Assembly (NCBI GenBank): GCA_049513575.1
Contig: JBEKVZ010000005.1
Span: 64,005-128,004 of the forward strand
Direction: 5' to 3'
Source of the DNA: Gemmatimonadales bacterium
GTDB taxonomy: Bacteria; Gemmatimonadota; Gemmatimonadetes; Gemmatimonadales; JACORV01
DNA length: 64,000 nucleotides
Within the stretch, counting starts at the first letter, position 1; every line of letters starts with the position of its first letter. Shown here piece after piece: positions 37,294-50,404 of the stretch. The position numbers and the translations under genes were made by a program. The notes beneath the pieces were generated by a model. The model made no database searches, was not told the origin of the DNA, and saw nothing but the letters and a program-made list of their open reading frames with translations.

Positions 37294-38661
37294 CTACGGA
37301 GCCTTTGGCGCCGGCATGTCGCGTCCGCCCTGGTGCAGGATCAGAGACATCACCTTGCCGGTCGAATCCCTCACGAAACCGATCTGCGCATCCACCACCT
37401 TGAAGAAGAACTCGTCCCTGGCCGAGGGGTAGAGCGCGTTCGAGCCCTGGCCGGTGGCCTGCGCCACGAGACCCGAACCTCCCTTCCGGATGGTGATGGC
37501 GAAGGTCGGCGCCAGCTGGTACGTGCCGACGTACGCATCGAGCGACTCCGCCGGCATCGCGATGGCCACGCGCACGGCCTGGAGCGGGGTGGCCGGATTC
37601 AGCACGTGGAAGCCGATGTCGTCAATGCTCGACGCGTCGTTCGAGAACACGACGACGCCGATCTTCCGTCGCGGATCGAACCCGACGAAGGTGTGGTAGC
37701 CGGCCGTTCCCCCGTTGTGCCAGTAGACCGTCGAGGTATCGCGGCCGACGACGTGCCAGCCGAGGCCGATCTGCATGGTGGGCCCGGCGTCGAACTGGAT
37801 CACCTCGGTGAGACGGAAGGCGGAATCGAGCGGCGTCCGCACGAGGCCGGCTGCCGCGGCAACGAGCTTCGCCATGTCCTGGGCGGTCGAGCGGATGGCG
37901 CCCGCGCCTGCGAGCGCATCGAAGTCCCAGTTGCCGACCTCCCGGCCACCGGCGTGGCCGACGGCGAGGCGCGCGTGGAGATCGGGCGTCAGCGTGATCC
38001 GGGTGTCGGGCAGGTGGAGCGGCTCGATGATGCGCCGCAGGACGAGGCTCTCGTAGCTCATGCCGGCGCGGTGGGCCAGTGCGACGCCAAGCAGTCCCAC
38101 GCCGAGGTTCGAGTATTCGTAGCTCGCGCCGGGATCGCGCGTGAGCGCGTAGCCGTTGAGGAACGCGTAGAGCCGCGCGGTGCCGTAGTCCACGTACGGG
38201 TCGTTGGGATTGGCGGGCACGAAGTTGTTGGGCATCCGCGGCAGACCGGAGCGCTGCCCGGAGAGCAGGCGCAGCGTGATCTCCTTGCCGTCGCGGCTCG
38301 GCACGTGGACCGAGTCCGGGAGGTACCGCTGCACCGGGTCATCCAGGCCCACCTCTCCCTTGATCGCCATGTCGACCAGCGCGAGCGCCGTGAAGACTTT
38401 CGTGATGGACCCGATCTCGTAGACGGTGCGCTCGTTCACGGGCTGCCCGCCGGCCGTCGCGGTGTTGCCGTAGCTGAAGTACCGCGCGCCCGCGCTGTCC
38501 ACGACGGCGACCACGATCCCGACGCTCCACCCGTTGTCCACGCGGGCGCGGACGTTCGCCTTGGCGTCGTCGGGAATCCGGATCCCTTGGGCCCGCACTG
38601 CGGGGAGTGAAACGCCCGCCAGCAGGGCCGCGATCGCGGTCGCCCGGAGATAGCTCTTCAC
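37294..38661 (-). CDS. Secreted serine hydrolase, beta-lactamase (class C/esterase VIII) family
   Basis: Has the SxxK motif (GSITK), YSN motif (YEYSNLG) and HNGGTAG. A signal peptide follows GTG 38661, which overlaps the decarboxylase stop (GTGA). Confidence 0.8.
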   Translation of the reverse strand: MKSYLRATAIAALLAGVSLPAVRAQGIRIPDDAKANVRARVDNGWSVGIVVAVVDSAGARYFSYGNTATAGGQPVNERTVYEIGSITKVFTALALVDMAIKGEVGLDDPVQRYLPDSVHVPSRDGKEITLRLLSGQRSGLPRMPNNFVPANPNDPYVDYGTARLYAFLNGYALTRDPGASYEYSNLGVGLLGVALAHRAGMSYESLVLRRIIEPLHLPDTRITLTPDLHARLAVGHAGGREVGNWDFDALAGAGAIRSTAQDMAKLVAAAAGLVRTPLDSAFRLTEVIQFDAGPTMQIGLGWHVVGRDTSTVYWHNGGTAGYHTFVGFDPRRKIGVVVFSNDASSIDDIGFHVLNPATPLQAVRVAIAMPAESLDAYVGTYQLAPTFAITIRKGGSGLVAQATGQGSNALYPSARDEFFFKVVDAQIGFVRDSTGKVMSLILHQGGRDMPAPKAP

Positions 38662-40112
38662 AGCTCGCTCGCCGCCTTCCTCAGTTCGTCGATCAGCTCC
38701 TGGAGATGCTCCCACCTCGTCAGATAGCTGATCACCATCACCCGGATCGCGCGCTTACCGACGGTCGTGGTTGGGGATATCCACCACCGCCGCTTGGCCA
38801 GCACGCGGGAGACAATCTCGTCCTGTAGTCCGTCATTCTCGGAGCCACTGCGCAACTTGCCGTCTGCCAACTTCCCTGTGTACCGAACTGCTGCAATGGC
38901 CGTATCTATCGGGGTGACGCATTCCCAGTCGCCGTCCTTCGTCAATTCGCGGGCGAACCGCTCTGTCAGCTCGACCTGCTGCTCGGCCATGCGACCATAT
39001 GCTCGTCGGCCGACCATCTTCATCCCCATCCACAGCTTGAGCGCGCTGAAGGGACGCGACCCCGCGAGCCCGTGGTCGCGGAACTCCACGGCGTCGTCGG
39101 TCTGGGGGATGTAGACGGCCTCGGACCAGAACGCCCGGCGTCCCGCCTCGCCGTCCCTGGTGAGGATGGCGCCGCACGGGTAGGGCATGTACCACCACTT
39201 GTGGGGGTCCATCGTGATCGAGTCGGCGCGCTCGATCCCCCTGAATCGGGGCCGGAGCTTCTCGCTCATCAGGCCGCCGGCGGCGTACGCCGCGTCCACG
39301 TGGAACCACAGGCCGAGGTCGCGCGCGGCGTCGGCGATCTCGTTCAGCGGGTCGATCACGCCGTTGCTGGTGACGCCCGCGATGCCGACGACGCAGAAGG
39401 GGTTGAGTCCCGCCTTCCGGTCCTCAACAGCCATCCGCCGCAACGCGGCGACGTCCAGCCGGGAGTGGCGGTCTACCGGCACTTTCCGCATGCCGCCCAC
39501 GCTGCCGAGGCCCAGGATGTTGGCGCTCTTCTCGATGGAGAAGTGCGCTTCGGTGGAAGCATAGAGCACCGGTCGCGCCTCGAGGTCCCACAGCCCCTCG
39601 CGGGTCGACTCGGGGACCTTGGCGGCCAGGCCGATCTTGATCCCAGTCGTGTTGGCGAGCGATCCGCCCGGCGTGAGGCTCCCGAACGAGCCGGCGGGAT
39701 AGCCCGCCAGGTCGCACAGCCACCGGATGACCGTCCGCTCGACCGCGGTGCCGGCGGGGCTGTGGTGCCAGGCGCCGAGGTTCTGGTTCAGGGCGGCGCC
39801 GAGCGCCTCGGCGAAGACCGCGATCGGCAGCGGGGTCGGGTTCATCAGCCCGAAGTACCGCGGGCTCGGCAGGTGAAAGCTGAGCGGCAGCACGTCGCGC
39901 TCGAACCGCTCCAGCAGCGCCGGCCACGGCGTCGGCTCCTCGGGCATTGGCTCGGCGAAGCGCGCGAACGTCTGGGCCGGCGTCGTGTCCGGGATGACCG
40001 GGAGCTGCTTCAGCTCGCCGTAGTGCCGTGCGATCCAGTCGCCCACGGCCCTGCCAAGGGCCTGGACGTCGCTGGGGACCGGATCGAAGGGCGTCGGAGT
40101 CAGGGTCGTCAT
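38658..40112 (-). CDS. PLP-dependent group II amino-acid decarboxylase
   Basis: Pyridoxal_deC-like sequence with the PLP lysine in SITMDPHKWWYMPYPCG and the HVDAAYAGG motif. Confidence 0.85.
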   Translation of the reverse strand: MTTLTPTPFDPVPSDVQALGRAVGDWIARHYGELKQLPVIPDTTPAQTFARFAEPMPEEPTPWPALLERFERDVLPLSFHLPSPRYFGLMNPTPLPIAVFAEALGAALNQNLGAWHHSPAGTAVERTVIRWLCDLAGYPAGSFGSLTPGGSLANTTGIKIGLAAKVPESTREGLWDLEARPVLYASTEAHFSIEKSANILGLGSVGGMRKVPVDRHSRLDVAALRRMAVEDRKAGLNPFCVVGIAGVTSNGVIDPLNEIADAARDLGLWFHVDAAYAAGGLMSEKLRPRFRGIERADSITMDPHKWWYMPYPCGAILTRDGEAGRRAFWSEAVYIPQTDDAVEFRDHGLAGSRPFSALKLWMGMKMVGRRAYGRMAEQQVELTERFARELTKDGDWECVTPIDTAIAAVRYTGKLADGKLRSGSENDGLQDEIVSRVLAKRRWWISPTTTVGKRAIRVMVISYLTRWEHLQELIDELRKAASEL

Positions 40113-40125
40113 CGGCTCGGCGAGC

Positions 40126-40596
40126 TCACGCGTTGCCCTCCGGAGCCGCGTGCGCTTCCCGTAGCCGAGACCACGCGCCGATCGTCCCCAGCGCGTAGCA
40201 GATGCCGACGCCCAGCGACACCAGCGAGAAGACGACGAAGCGCGGCGGAATCGCGCGCCCTCCTTTGAGCGCCAGCACCTCCGAGATCACAAAGAGCCCG
40301 CGCAAGAGATAGACGGCCGAGGTCGCCACGAGGGCAGTGCGGAGCAGGGGCAGCTTCCGGAGCACGCCGGCCCCGGAGAAGCCGTACGCCGCCAGGACGA
40401 GGAAGGCCACGGCGAAGATCAGCGTGATGACGGCCGGCTCCAGGGATCCGGCCTCGGCGCGCTGCGCGAGTCGCTCCCCGGCTCCGAAGAAGCGGTATGC
40501 GGGGCCGCCAATGGCGATCGTCGCCAGGTGCACGACGCCAATCGCGGCGCTCGCAGAGCCGGCGGCGACGAGATAGAGCTTCCCGCGGGTGGTCAT
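40126..40596 (-). CDS. Small 4-TM membrane protein of unknown function
   Basis: 156 aa with four hydrophobic segments. It lies 13 nt upstream of the decarboxylase gene on the same strand. Confidence 0.55.
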   Translation of the reverse strand: MTTRGKLYLVAAGSASAAIGVVHLATIAIGGPAYRFFGAGERLAQRAEAGSLEPAVITLIFAVAFLVLAAYGFSGAGVLRKLPLLRTALVATSAVYLLRGLFVISEVLALKGGRAIPPRFVVFSLVSLGVGICYALGTIGAWSRLREAHAAPEGNA

Positions 40597-40613
40597 GCAT
40601 CAATCATGGAGCG

Positions 40614-41900
40614 CTACGCCGCGCGCAGCCAGAGCCACGCCGCCGCCACGCCCAGCGTGAGGAGCGTGACGGGGATCCCGACCCGCGCGTGCTCGCGCCA
40701 CGAGATCTTCACGCCGAGCCGCCCCGCCTGATCCACCACGATGATGTTGGCGATGCTCCCCACGATCAGCAGGTTGCCGGCCAGCGTGCTGGCCAGCGCC
40801 AGAAGCGGCCCGGCCTGCGGATGCGGCGCCGCGGCGGGCAGCAGCAGCATCACCGCGGGCACGTTGGACACCAGGTTGGAGAGCACGGCCGTCACGCCGA
40901 AAAGCCACGGCGCTCGGCTCAGGTCCACGCCGCCGGCGCGCAGATCCGCGACCGCGCGCTCCGTCATCCCCGACTGGAGCAGCGCGTGGTTGACTACGAA
41001 CAGCCCGATGAAGAGGACCAGCAGGTGCCAGTCCACCTGGCCGAGGATGTCGCGCGAGGTCATCCGCCGGCTGAGGAGGAGCAGGCCCGCCGCGGTGAGC
41101 GCCGCCGCCTCCCGCGGCACGGGAGCGAAGAGGAAGACCAGGACCAGCACGCCCAGCACCAGGATCCCCTTCGCCGTCTGCCAGCGATTGAACGCCAAGT
41201 CCCGCTGCTCGGTCCTGGTCAGCGTCACCGGCCGCTCCCACCGGCCCCGGAAGCTCCAGGCGATGACGGCCCACGCCAGACCGAGACCGATCACCGCGGG
41301 GACCAGCGCGTCCAGCAGGTATCCGGCGAACGAGAGCCGCAGCGCCTGCCCGATCAGCATGTTCTGCGGGTTGCCGATCAGGGTCGCGGCGGATCCGACG
41401 TTCGCGGCGGCAGCCAGCCCCAAGAGATATGGAATGGGGTCGCGTCCCCGCCGGGCGCATCCTGCTGTGATGATCGGGGCCATCGCCAGGCAGACGATAT
41501 CGTTGGCCAGCAGCGCCGAGAGGAGGCCAACGACGCCGATCAGCAGGGCGAGGAGCCCGGCCGGGGGCGCCGGGTGATCGGCCAGCCGCCGGCTCACTCG
41601 GGCGTAGAAACCGCCGAGCCGGAACTGGGCCGAGACCACCATCAGGCCCAGCAGCAGCGCCACTGTTGGCACATCCACGGCGTTCCAGGCCTGTCCGACC
41701 GTGACCTTCCGGGTGGCCACCAGGGCGATGGCCCCCAGGAGGGCGACCCCCGAGCGGTCCAGCGCTAGGCCGGGGATTTCCCCCAGGAGCATCCCCAGGT
41801 AGACGACCGCGAAGATCAGCAGAACGGTGGTGTCCACGAGGCGGGAAGATAGCGCGCAAAGAGCGCGGGGTCTCAGGGCGTGGCTGGCGCGGGAGGGCAC
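40614..41900 (-). CDS. ArsB/NhaD-superfamily (CitMHS-like) anion/ion permease
   Basis: Polytopic protein with the motif ANDIVCLAMAPI...NVGSAATLIGNPQNMLIG typical of this superfamily. The start is uncertain (alternative GTG 41837). Confidence 0.7.
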   Translation of the reverse strand: MPSRASHALRPRALCALSSRLVDTTVLLIFAVVYLGMLLGEIPGLALDRSGVALLGAIALVATRKVTVGQAWNAVDVPTVALLLGLMVVSAQFRLGGFYARVSRRLADHPAPPAGLLALLIGVVGLLSALLANDIVCLAMAPIITAGCARRGRDPIPYLLGLAAAANVGSAATLIGNPQNMLIGQALRLSFAGYLLDALVPAVIGLGLAWAVIAWSFRGRWERPVTLTRTEQRDLAFNRWQTAKGILVLGVLVLVFLFAPVPREAAALTAAGLLLLSRRMTSRDILGQVDWHLLVLFIGLFVVNHALLQSGMTERAVADLRAGGVDLSRAPWLFGVTAVLSNLVSNVPAVMLLLPAAAPHPQAGPLLALASTLAGNLLIVGSIANIIVVDQAGRLGVKISWREHARVGIPVTLLTLGVAAAWLWLRAA

Positions 41901-42009
41901 GCGTCTGTATTCGTTATGGCGTTCCCACGAAGCGGCTGTCGGCAGGACTGAGCGGACAGGTTGCGTCGTTCGTGAGCCCGAAGCGGCACCATCACGCCAG
42001 GGAGAACCG

Positions 42010-43785
42010 ATGCGTCACGGAGTCCTGAAGGTCGTATTGGCGCTGGCGGCCTGCCTGCCAGCGCTGGCGCTGGCCCAGCAGGCACCGCCGCCGGCGACCG
42101 TGCCGGCACCGGGAGCGCATCGCGAAGGAAGCTGGGAGCTGAGCGTCGGGGCCGGGGCCACGTACCTCGACCGCGAGGTCATCCTGATTGTCCAGCGTAC
42201 AGATCCGAGCGCCAACCGGGTTGCGCCGGGAGGGGTCCTGCGTCTCGGCTACAATCTCGGCACCTCGTGGAACCTGAGCGTCGGCACTGGACTCGGCTAC
42301 ACGAAGCCGGCGCTGGTGCTCGAGCCGTTCGGCGCCGTGACGTGGACACCGAACATCAACGCGGCCACCAGCCCGTTCATCACTCTCGGCGGCGGCGTGA
42401 CGAACCTGAGCTGGAGCAACAACGGGAGCTGGAAGGCCACGAGCAAGTACGGTGTGCACCTCGGCGTCGGTCTGCGCCAGATGCTGAGCGAGCGGATGGC
42501 GCTTCGCGTGGACGTGCGGGAGCAGTACGAGAAGTTCGACACGTTGGCGGCGGCACACGCCTCGTTCGAGGGGATCGGGACGGTCGGCTTGTCCTGGTTC
42601 CTGGGCGGCCGGCGAGCCCCCGTGACGAGCGTGGGCGTGAACCCGCCGATGGTGACGCTGGAGTCCCTCGGCGCGACGCAGCAACTGGCCGCGTCTCCCA
42701 TGGACCACGCCGGCCGGCCGCTGACGCGGCGAGCCGTCTTGTGGACCAGCAGCAACGATTCGGTCGCCACGGTGTCCGCCACCGGGCTGGTGACCGCGGT
42801 CGGCAACGGCTCGGCGACCATCACCGCGGCCAGCGAAGCGGCATCGGGCACGGCGAACGTGACCGTGTCCCAGACGGCGGCGACGTTGGCTGTCGCCCCG
42901 CCCGCCGACACGCTGACCGCGCTTGGTCAGACGCAGCAGCTCGCGACGAGCGGTCAGGACGCCAATGGCAATCCGATCGCCAATCCTCGAGTCGCCTGGA
43001 CCTCCAGCAACGCTTCGGCTGTGACCGTGAATGCGTCAGGCCTCGCCACCGCGGTGAGGAACGGGACGTCCACGGTCACTGCGGTGACGGCCGCGGGGCT
43101 TACCGCCACGGCGACGGTCACCGTGTTGCAAGCCATCGCGTCGGTCTCGGTGTCGCCGCCGACGGCTTCGATCAACGCCGCCGGTGGCAGGGTCCCGTTC
43201 ACGGCGCAGGCGACGGACGCGAACGGCCGGCCGGTCACCGGCAAGGTGATCACCTGGACGCTCAGTGCGCCGGCCGTGGCCAGCTTGAGCCCGACCGGCG
43301 TCGCCACAGCGGTGGCGAACGGGACGGCGCAGATCACTGCGACCGTCGAGGGGCGGGCAGGCTCCGCCGTGCTGACCGTTGCGATTCCAAGACGCGCCGC
43401 TCCCGCGCCTGCGCCGGTCGCCGCGGCAGCCTTGCCGGCGGTCAACGCCACCGTGGTTCTGAGGAACGTCATCTTCCGGCCGAACTCGGCGGTTCTGCCG
43501 CCCGAGGCGCTTGGTGATCTGGATGCCGTGGCCCAGGCGATGAAGGCGATCCCGAACGCGCGCTGGGAGATTGGCGGCTTCACGAGCAACATGGGGACCG
43601 CCACGCGGAACCAGCTCCTGTCGCGGCGCCGGGCCCTGGCTGTCCGGAACTACCTGGTTCGCCAGGGCGTCCGGGCCGCCAGCCTCTCGGCCGTGGGGTA
43701 CGGCCCCCAGAACCCGGTTGCGAGCAACGCGACGGTGGCGGGCCGGCGCCAGAACATGCGGGTGGAGATCAAGCGCCTGCGGTAG
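42010..43785 (+). CDS. Outer-membrane protein: N-terminal beta-barrel, 3 Big_2 Ig-like repeats, C-terminal OmpA domain
   Basis: GGAGA lies upstream of ATG 42010 and there is a signal peptide. Three repeats of ~85 aa carry (W/I)TSSN..VATV...G.VTAV.NG.A.ITA. The OmpA motif is NMGTATRNQLLSRRRALAVRNYL. Confidence 0.8.
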   Translation: MRHGVLKVVLALAACLPALALAQQAPPPATVPAPGAHREGSWELSVGAGATYLDREVILIVQRTDPSANRVAPGGVLRLGYNLGTSWNLSVGTGLGYTKPALVLEPFGAVTWTPNINAATSPFITLGGGVTNLSWSNNGSWKATSKYGVHLGVGLRQMLSERMALRVDVREQYEKFDTLAAAHASFEGIGTVGLSWFLGGRRAPVTSVGVNPPMVTLESLGATQQLAASPMDHAGRPLTRRAVLWTSSNDSVATVSATGLVTAVGNGSATITAASEAASGTANVTVSQTAATLAVAPPADTLTALGQTQQLATSGQDANGNPIANPRVAWTSSNASAVTVNASGLATAVRNGTSTVTAVTAAGLTATATVTVLQAIASVSVSPPTASINAAGGRVPFTAQATDANGRPVTGKVITWTLSAPAVASLSPTGVATAVANGTAQITATVEGRAGSAVLTVAIPRRAAPAPAPVAAAALPAVNATVVLRNVIFRPNSAVLPPEALGDLDAVAQAMKAIPNARWEIGGFTSNMGTATRNQLLSRRRALAVRNYLVRQGVRAASLSAVGYGPQNPVASNATVAGRRQNMRVEIKRLR

Positions 43786-43863
43786 GCGCCAGCAGGTCCG
43801 GACGTACCGCGTCGGGGCCCCATCCCGGGCGACCGGGGTGGGGCTCTCCATATCGCCGCTCCC

Positions 43864-43892
43864 TTGACCCTCTTTGAGGCCCCGCGTACCTT
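43864..43892 (+). promoter_or_regulatory. Putative promoter of the rpsL (str) operon
   Basis: TTGACC (43864-43869), a 17-nt spacer, then TACCTT. It shares the same CTTGACCC -35 context as the tRNA-cluster promoter. The -10 is weak. Confidence 0.3.
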
Positions 43893-43950
43893 TCTAAGGC
43901 TGCGGCCGAAGTGGGCCGCGCGTTTATTCTTGCGCCGTGTAGTGGGGGCT

Positions 43951-44334
43951 ATGCCGACGATCAATCAGCTGGTCCGGGCGGGCCGGCGAATGGTGGAGAG
44001 CAAGGAGAAGGCGCCTGCGCTGCGGGGCAATCCGCAGAAGCGAGGCGTCTGCACGCGTGTGTACACGACCACGCCGAAGAAACCCAACTCCGCGCTCCGC
44101 AAAGTCGCCCGTGTTCGCCTGACCAACGGATTCGAGGTCACCGCCTACATTCCCGGCGAAGGCCACAATCTCCAGGAGCACTCGATCGTCCTGATCCGGG
44201 GCGGCCGCGTGAAGGACCTGCCGGGCGTGCGCTACCACATCATCCGCGGCACGCTGGACGCCGCAGGCGTGAACGAGCGCAAGCAGAGCCGGTCGAAGTA
44301 CGGGGCGAAGGCGCCCAAGGCGGCGGCCAAGTGA
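43951..44334 (+). CDS. rpsL: 30S ribosomal protein S12
   Basis: [57 protein letters not shown]. Confidence 0.97.
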   Translation: MPTINQLVRAGRRMVESKEKAPALRGNPQKRGVCTRVYTTTPKKPNSALRKVARVRLTNGFEVTAYIPGEGHNLQEHSIVLIRGGRVKDLPGVRYHIIRGTLDAAGVNERKQSRSKYGAKAPKAAAK

Positions 44335-44801
44335 GCCGGCGCCCGCGTTCGACCCGCCGCCCGGTCCCGGCCGACCCGCGCTACGACAGCCAGACCGTGT
44401 CGAAGTTCATCTGTAACCTGATGCGCAAGGGCAAGAAGTCGGTCGCCGAGGGGATCTTCTACACGGCGATGGACATGATCGAGCAGCGCACCGGGCAGCC
44501 CGGCGTGAACGTGTTCAAGCAGGCGCTGAGCAACGCCAAGCCGGTGGTCGAGGTGAAGAGCCGGCGGGTGGGCGGCGCGACCTACCAGGTCCCGGTGGAA
44601 GTGCGGCCGGACCGGCGCACCGCGCTCGGGATGCGGTGGCTGATCGACTACAGCCGCGCCCGGGGCGAGAAGACGATGGCCGACCGGCTCGCCAACGAGC
44701 TCGTATCGGCGTCGAAGGGCGAAGGCAACACGATCAAGAAGAAAGAGGACACGCACCGGATGGCCGAGGCGAACAAGGCGTTTGCCCACTACCGGTGGTA
44801 A
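44331..44801 (+). CDS. rpsG: 30S ribosomal protein S7
   Basis: GTG 44331 overlaps the rpsL stop. Conserved S7 sequence ([15 protein letters not shown]..., AFAHYRW end). Confidence 0.95.
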   Translation: MSRRPRSTRRPVPADPRYDSQTVSKFICNLMRKGKKSVAEGIFYTAMDMIEQRTGQPGVNVFKQALSNAKPVVEVKSRRVGGATYQVPVEVRPDRRTALGMRWLIDYSRARGEKTMADRLANELVSASKGEGNTIKKKEDTHRMAEANKAFAHYRW

Positions 44802-44936
44802 CTTTAGCGCGAACGAGATAGGACCGCTGGCATAAGCGGTCCCCGTCCGGGAAAGTCCCGGACGTCGGCGGAGCGAGACCTGCGCACGCGTGCGTGGACG
44901 GTCGCCCCGCATTTTTGCTGGTTGAGCCGGGAGTTT

Positions 44937-47033
<2,097 letters not shown>

Positions 47034-47037
47034 GTCC

Positions 47038-48246
<1,209 letters not shown>

Positions 48247-48250
48247 CCCC

Positions 48251-48562
48251 GTGAAAGCCGGCCGCATCCGCATCCGCCTCAAGGCCTTCGATCACGCGGT
48301 GATCGACCAGGCCGCGGCGGACATCGTGCGCACCGCCGAGAAGACGGGCGCGCAGGTCTCCGGGCCCATCCCGCTGCCGACCAAGACGCAGCGCTGGACG
48401 GTGCTCCGGAGCCCGCACGTGGACAAGAAGAGCCGCGAGCAGTTCGAGCTGAAGACGCACAAGCGGCTGATAGACATTCTCGATTCCCGGCCGCAGACGG
48501 TGGACGCGCTCACCAAGCTCGACCTGCCGGCCGGCGTGGACGTCGAGATCAAGGTGGAGTAG
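48251..48562 (+). CDS. rpsJ: 30S ribosomal protein S10
   Basis: [21 protein letters not shown]..., GTG start. Confidence 0.95.
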   Translation: MKAGRIRIRLKAFDHAVIDQAAADIVRTAEKTGAQVSGPIPLPTKTQRWTVLRSPHVDKKSREQFELKTHKRLIDILDSRPQTVDALTKLDLPAGVDVEIKVE

Positions 48563-48564
48563 CG

Positions 48565-49188
48565 ATGAACGCGATCATTGGCCGCAAGCTCGGCATGACG
48601 CAGCTGTTCGGCGAGGACGGCACGGTCACCCCGGTGACGGTCATCGAGGCGGGCCCCTGTCCGGTCGTGCAGGTGCGTGCGGCCGCGGAGGGCAAGCCGG
48701 CCCGCGTGCAGCTGGGCTTCGGCGTCGCGAAGGAGAAGCGCTCCACGAAGGCGGAGCGCGGCCACGCGAAGAAGGCCGGGCTGGAGGCGGCACCCCACGT
48801 GCTGCGCGAGTTCGCCGCGCACGGCGAGGCCCCGGTGCCGGGCTCCGTCGTCACGGTGACGGATTTCGCCCCCGGCGAGTGGGTGAAGGTGACCGGGATC
48901 TCGAAGGGGCGCGGCTTCCAGGGCGTCGTGAAGCGCTACCACTTCGGCGGCGGCCCCGCGAGCCACGGCAACACGCGCTACCGCAAGCCGGGCTCGGTCG
49001 GCCCGGGCACCGATCCTTCGCGCGTCATCAAGGGGAAGCGGATGCCGGGGCACATGGGCGCGCGGCGCACCACCCAGCTCGGCCTGCTGGTGGCCAAGGT
49101 GGACGCCGAGAAGAACCTGCTGTTCGTGCGCGGCGCCGTTCCGGGGCCGATGCGCGGCATCGTGACGGTGGCCAAGGAGGACGCGTGA
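48565..49188 (+). CDS. rplC: 50S ribosomal protein L3
   Basis: Conserved L3 sequence ([10 protein letters not shown]..., [18 protein letters not shown]). Confidence 0.95.
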   Translation: MNAIIGRKLGMTQLFGEDGTVTPVTVIEAGPCPVVQVRAAAEGKPARVQLGFGVAKEKRSTKAERGHAKKAGLEAAPHVLREFAAHGEAPVPGSVVTVTDFAPGEWVKVTGISKGRGFQGVVKRYHFGGGPASHGNTRYRKPGSVGPGTDPSRVIKGKRMPGHMGARRTTQLGLLVAKVDAEKNLLFVRGAVPGPMRGIVTVAKEDA

Positions 49189-50099
49189 GCGCCGCGCTGG
49201 AAGTCCTGGCGTACGCCGCGGACGGCACGCAGCGGCCGAAGGCCGTGCGGCTCCCAGCCGACCCGTTCGACGGGCGGGTGCACGAGGCGGCGCTGCACCG
49301 CGCCGTCACCGTGTTCCTGGCCAACCAGCGGCAGGGGACCGCGGAGACCAAGACCCGGAGCTTCGTCACCGGCGGCAACCAGAAGCCGTGGCGGCAGAAG
49401 GGCACCGGGCGCGCGCGGCAGGGCTCGATCCGCTCGCCGCTCTGGCCCGGCGGCGGCACGATGTTCGGCCCGCATCCGCGCGACTACCGGCTCGGCATTC
49501 CGCGAAAGCTGCGGCGCCTGGCCCGCTCCTCCGCGTTCAACGCGCGGGCCCGCGAGCAGGCGATCCGCGTGATCGAGCCGCTGCAGCTCGAGGAGCCGAA
49601 GACGAAGCGCGTCGCCGAGCTGCTCGGCAGGCTGGGGATCGCCGACCGGCGCGTGTTGATGCTCACCGAGGCGGTCAACGCGAACCTGATCCTGTCGGCC
49701 CGCAACCTCCAGAACGTGGAGGTGATGCGGTATCGCGACGTCTCGGCCTACGACATCCTGCGCGCCGAGGCGCTGCTGATCGAGGAGCCGGCGTTCGGCG
49801 CCGCGCTGGAGCAGGGCGGTGACGCGGCGGCCATCGCGCTGCCGGAGCCGGCGCCCGTGAAGAAGGCGAGGGCGGAAGCGCCCGCGGCCGAGGGCAAGCG
49901 GAAGCCGGCGAAGAAGGCCGCTCCCGCGCCCAAGGCGAAGCAGGCCGCGAAGAAGGCGGAGCCCAGGGCGCACAAGCCGGAGCCGAAGGCCGAAGCCAAG
50001 AAGCTGGCGGCCAAGAAGGCGGAGCCGAAGAAGCCGGAAGCGAAGAAGCCGGAGGCCAAGAAGGGCAAGACCGGCAAGAAGCCGGGGAAGAAGGAGTAG
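49185..50099 (+). CDS. rplD: 50S ribosomal protein L4 with ~100 aa Lys/Ala/Pro-rich C-terminal extension
   Basis: GTG 49185 overlaps the rplC stop. L4 core is [25 protein letters not shown]. The tail is [20 protein letters not shown]... Confidence 0.9.
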   Translation: MSAALEVLAYAADGTQRPKAVRLPADPFDGRVHEAALHRAVTVFLANQRQGTAETKTRSFVTGGNQKPWRQKGTGRARQGSIRSPLWPGGGTMFGPHPRDYRLGIPRKLRRLARSSAFNARAREQAIRVIEPLQLEEPKTKRVAELLGRLGIADRRVLMLTEAVNANLILSARNLQNVEVMRYRDVSAYDILRAEALLIEEPAFGAALEQGGDAAAIALPEPAPVKKARAEAPAAEGKRKPAKKAAPAPKAKQAAKKAEPRAHKPEPKAEAKKLAAKKAEPKKPEAKKPEAKKGKTGKKPGKKE

Positions 50100-50102
50100 G
50101 CG

Positions 50103-50402
50103 ATGCCCGAGCTGTATCGCGCGATCATCAAACCGCTGGTGACGGAGAAGTCGTCGGCGCTCTACGAGAGCCGGAAGATCTACACCTTCCGCGTGGCGAC
50201 CGAGACGACCAAGCCGGAAATCCGCGACGCCATCGAGCACCTCTTCGGCGTCACCGTGCGCGACGTGCACACGATGCAGATGCGCGCCAAGGAACGGCGG
50301 GCCGGCGGGCTGGGGCGCGGCACGACGGGACGCCGCGCGAAGTGGAAGAAGGCGATCGTCTCCCTGAAGGAGGGTGACGTCATTCCGATCTTCGAGGGCT
50401 AG
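50103..50402 (+). CDS. rplW: 50S ribosomal protein L23
   Basis: Conserved L23 sequence and operon position. Confidence 0.93.
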   Translation: MPELYRAIIKPLVTEKSSALYESRKIYTFRVATETTKPEIRDAIEHLFGVTVRDVHTMQMRAKERRAGGLGRGTTGRRAKWKKAIVSLKEGDVIPIFEG

Positions 50403-50404
50403 GC

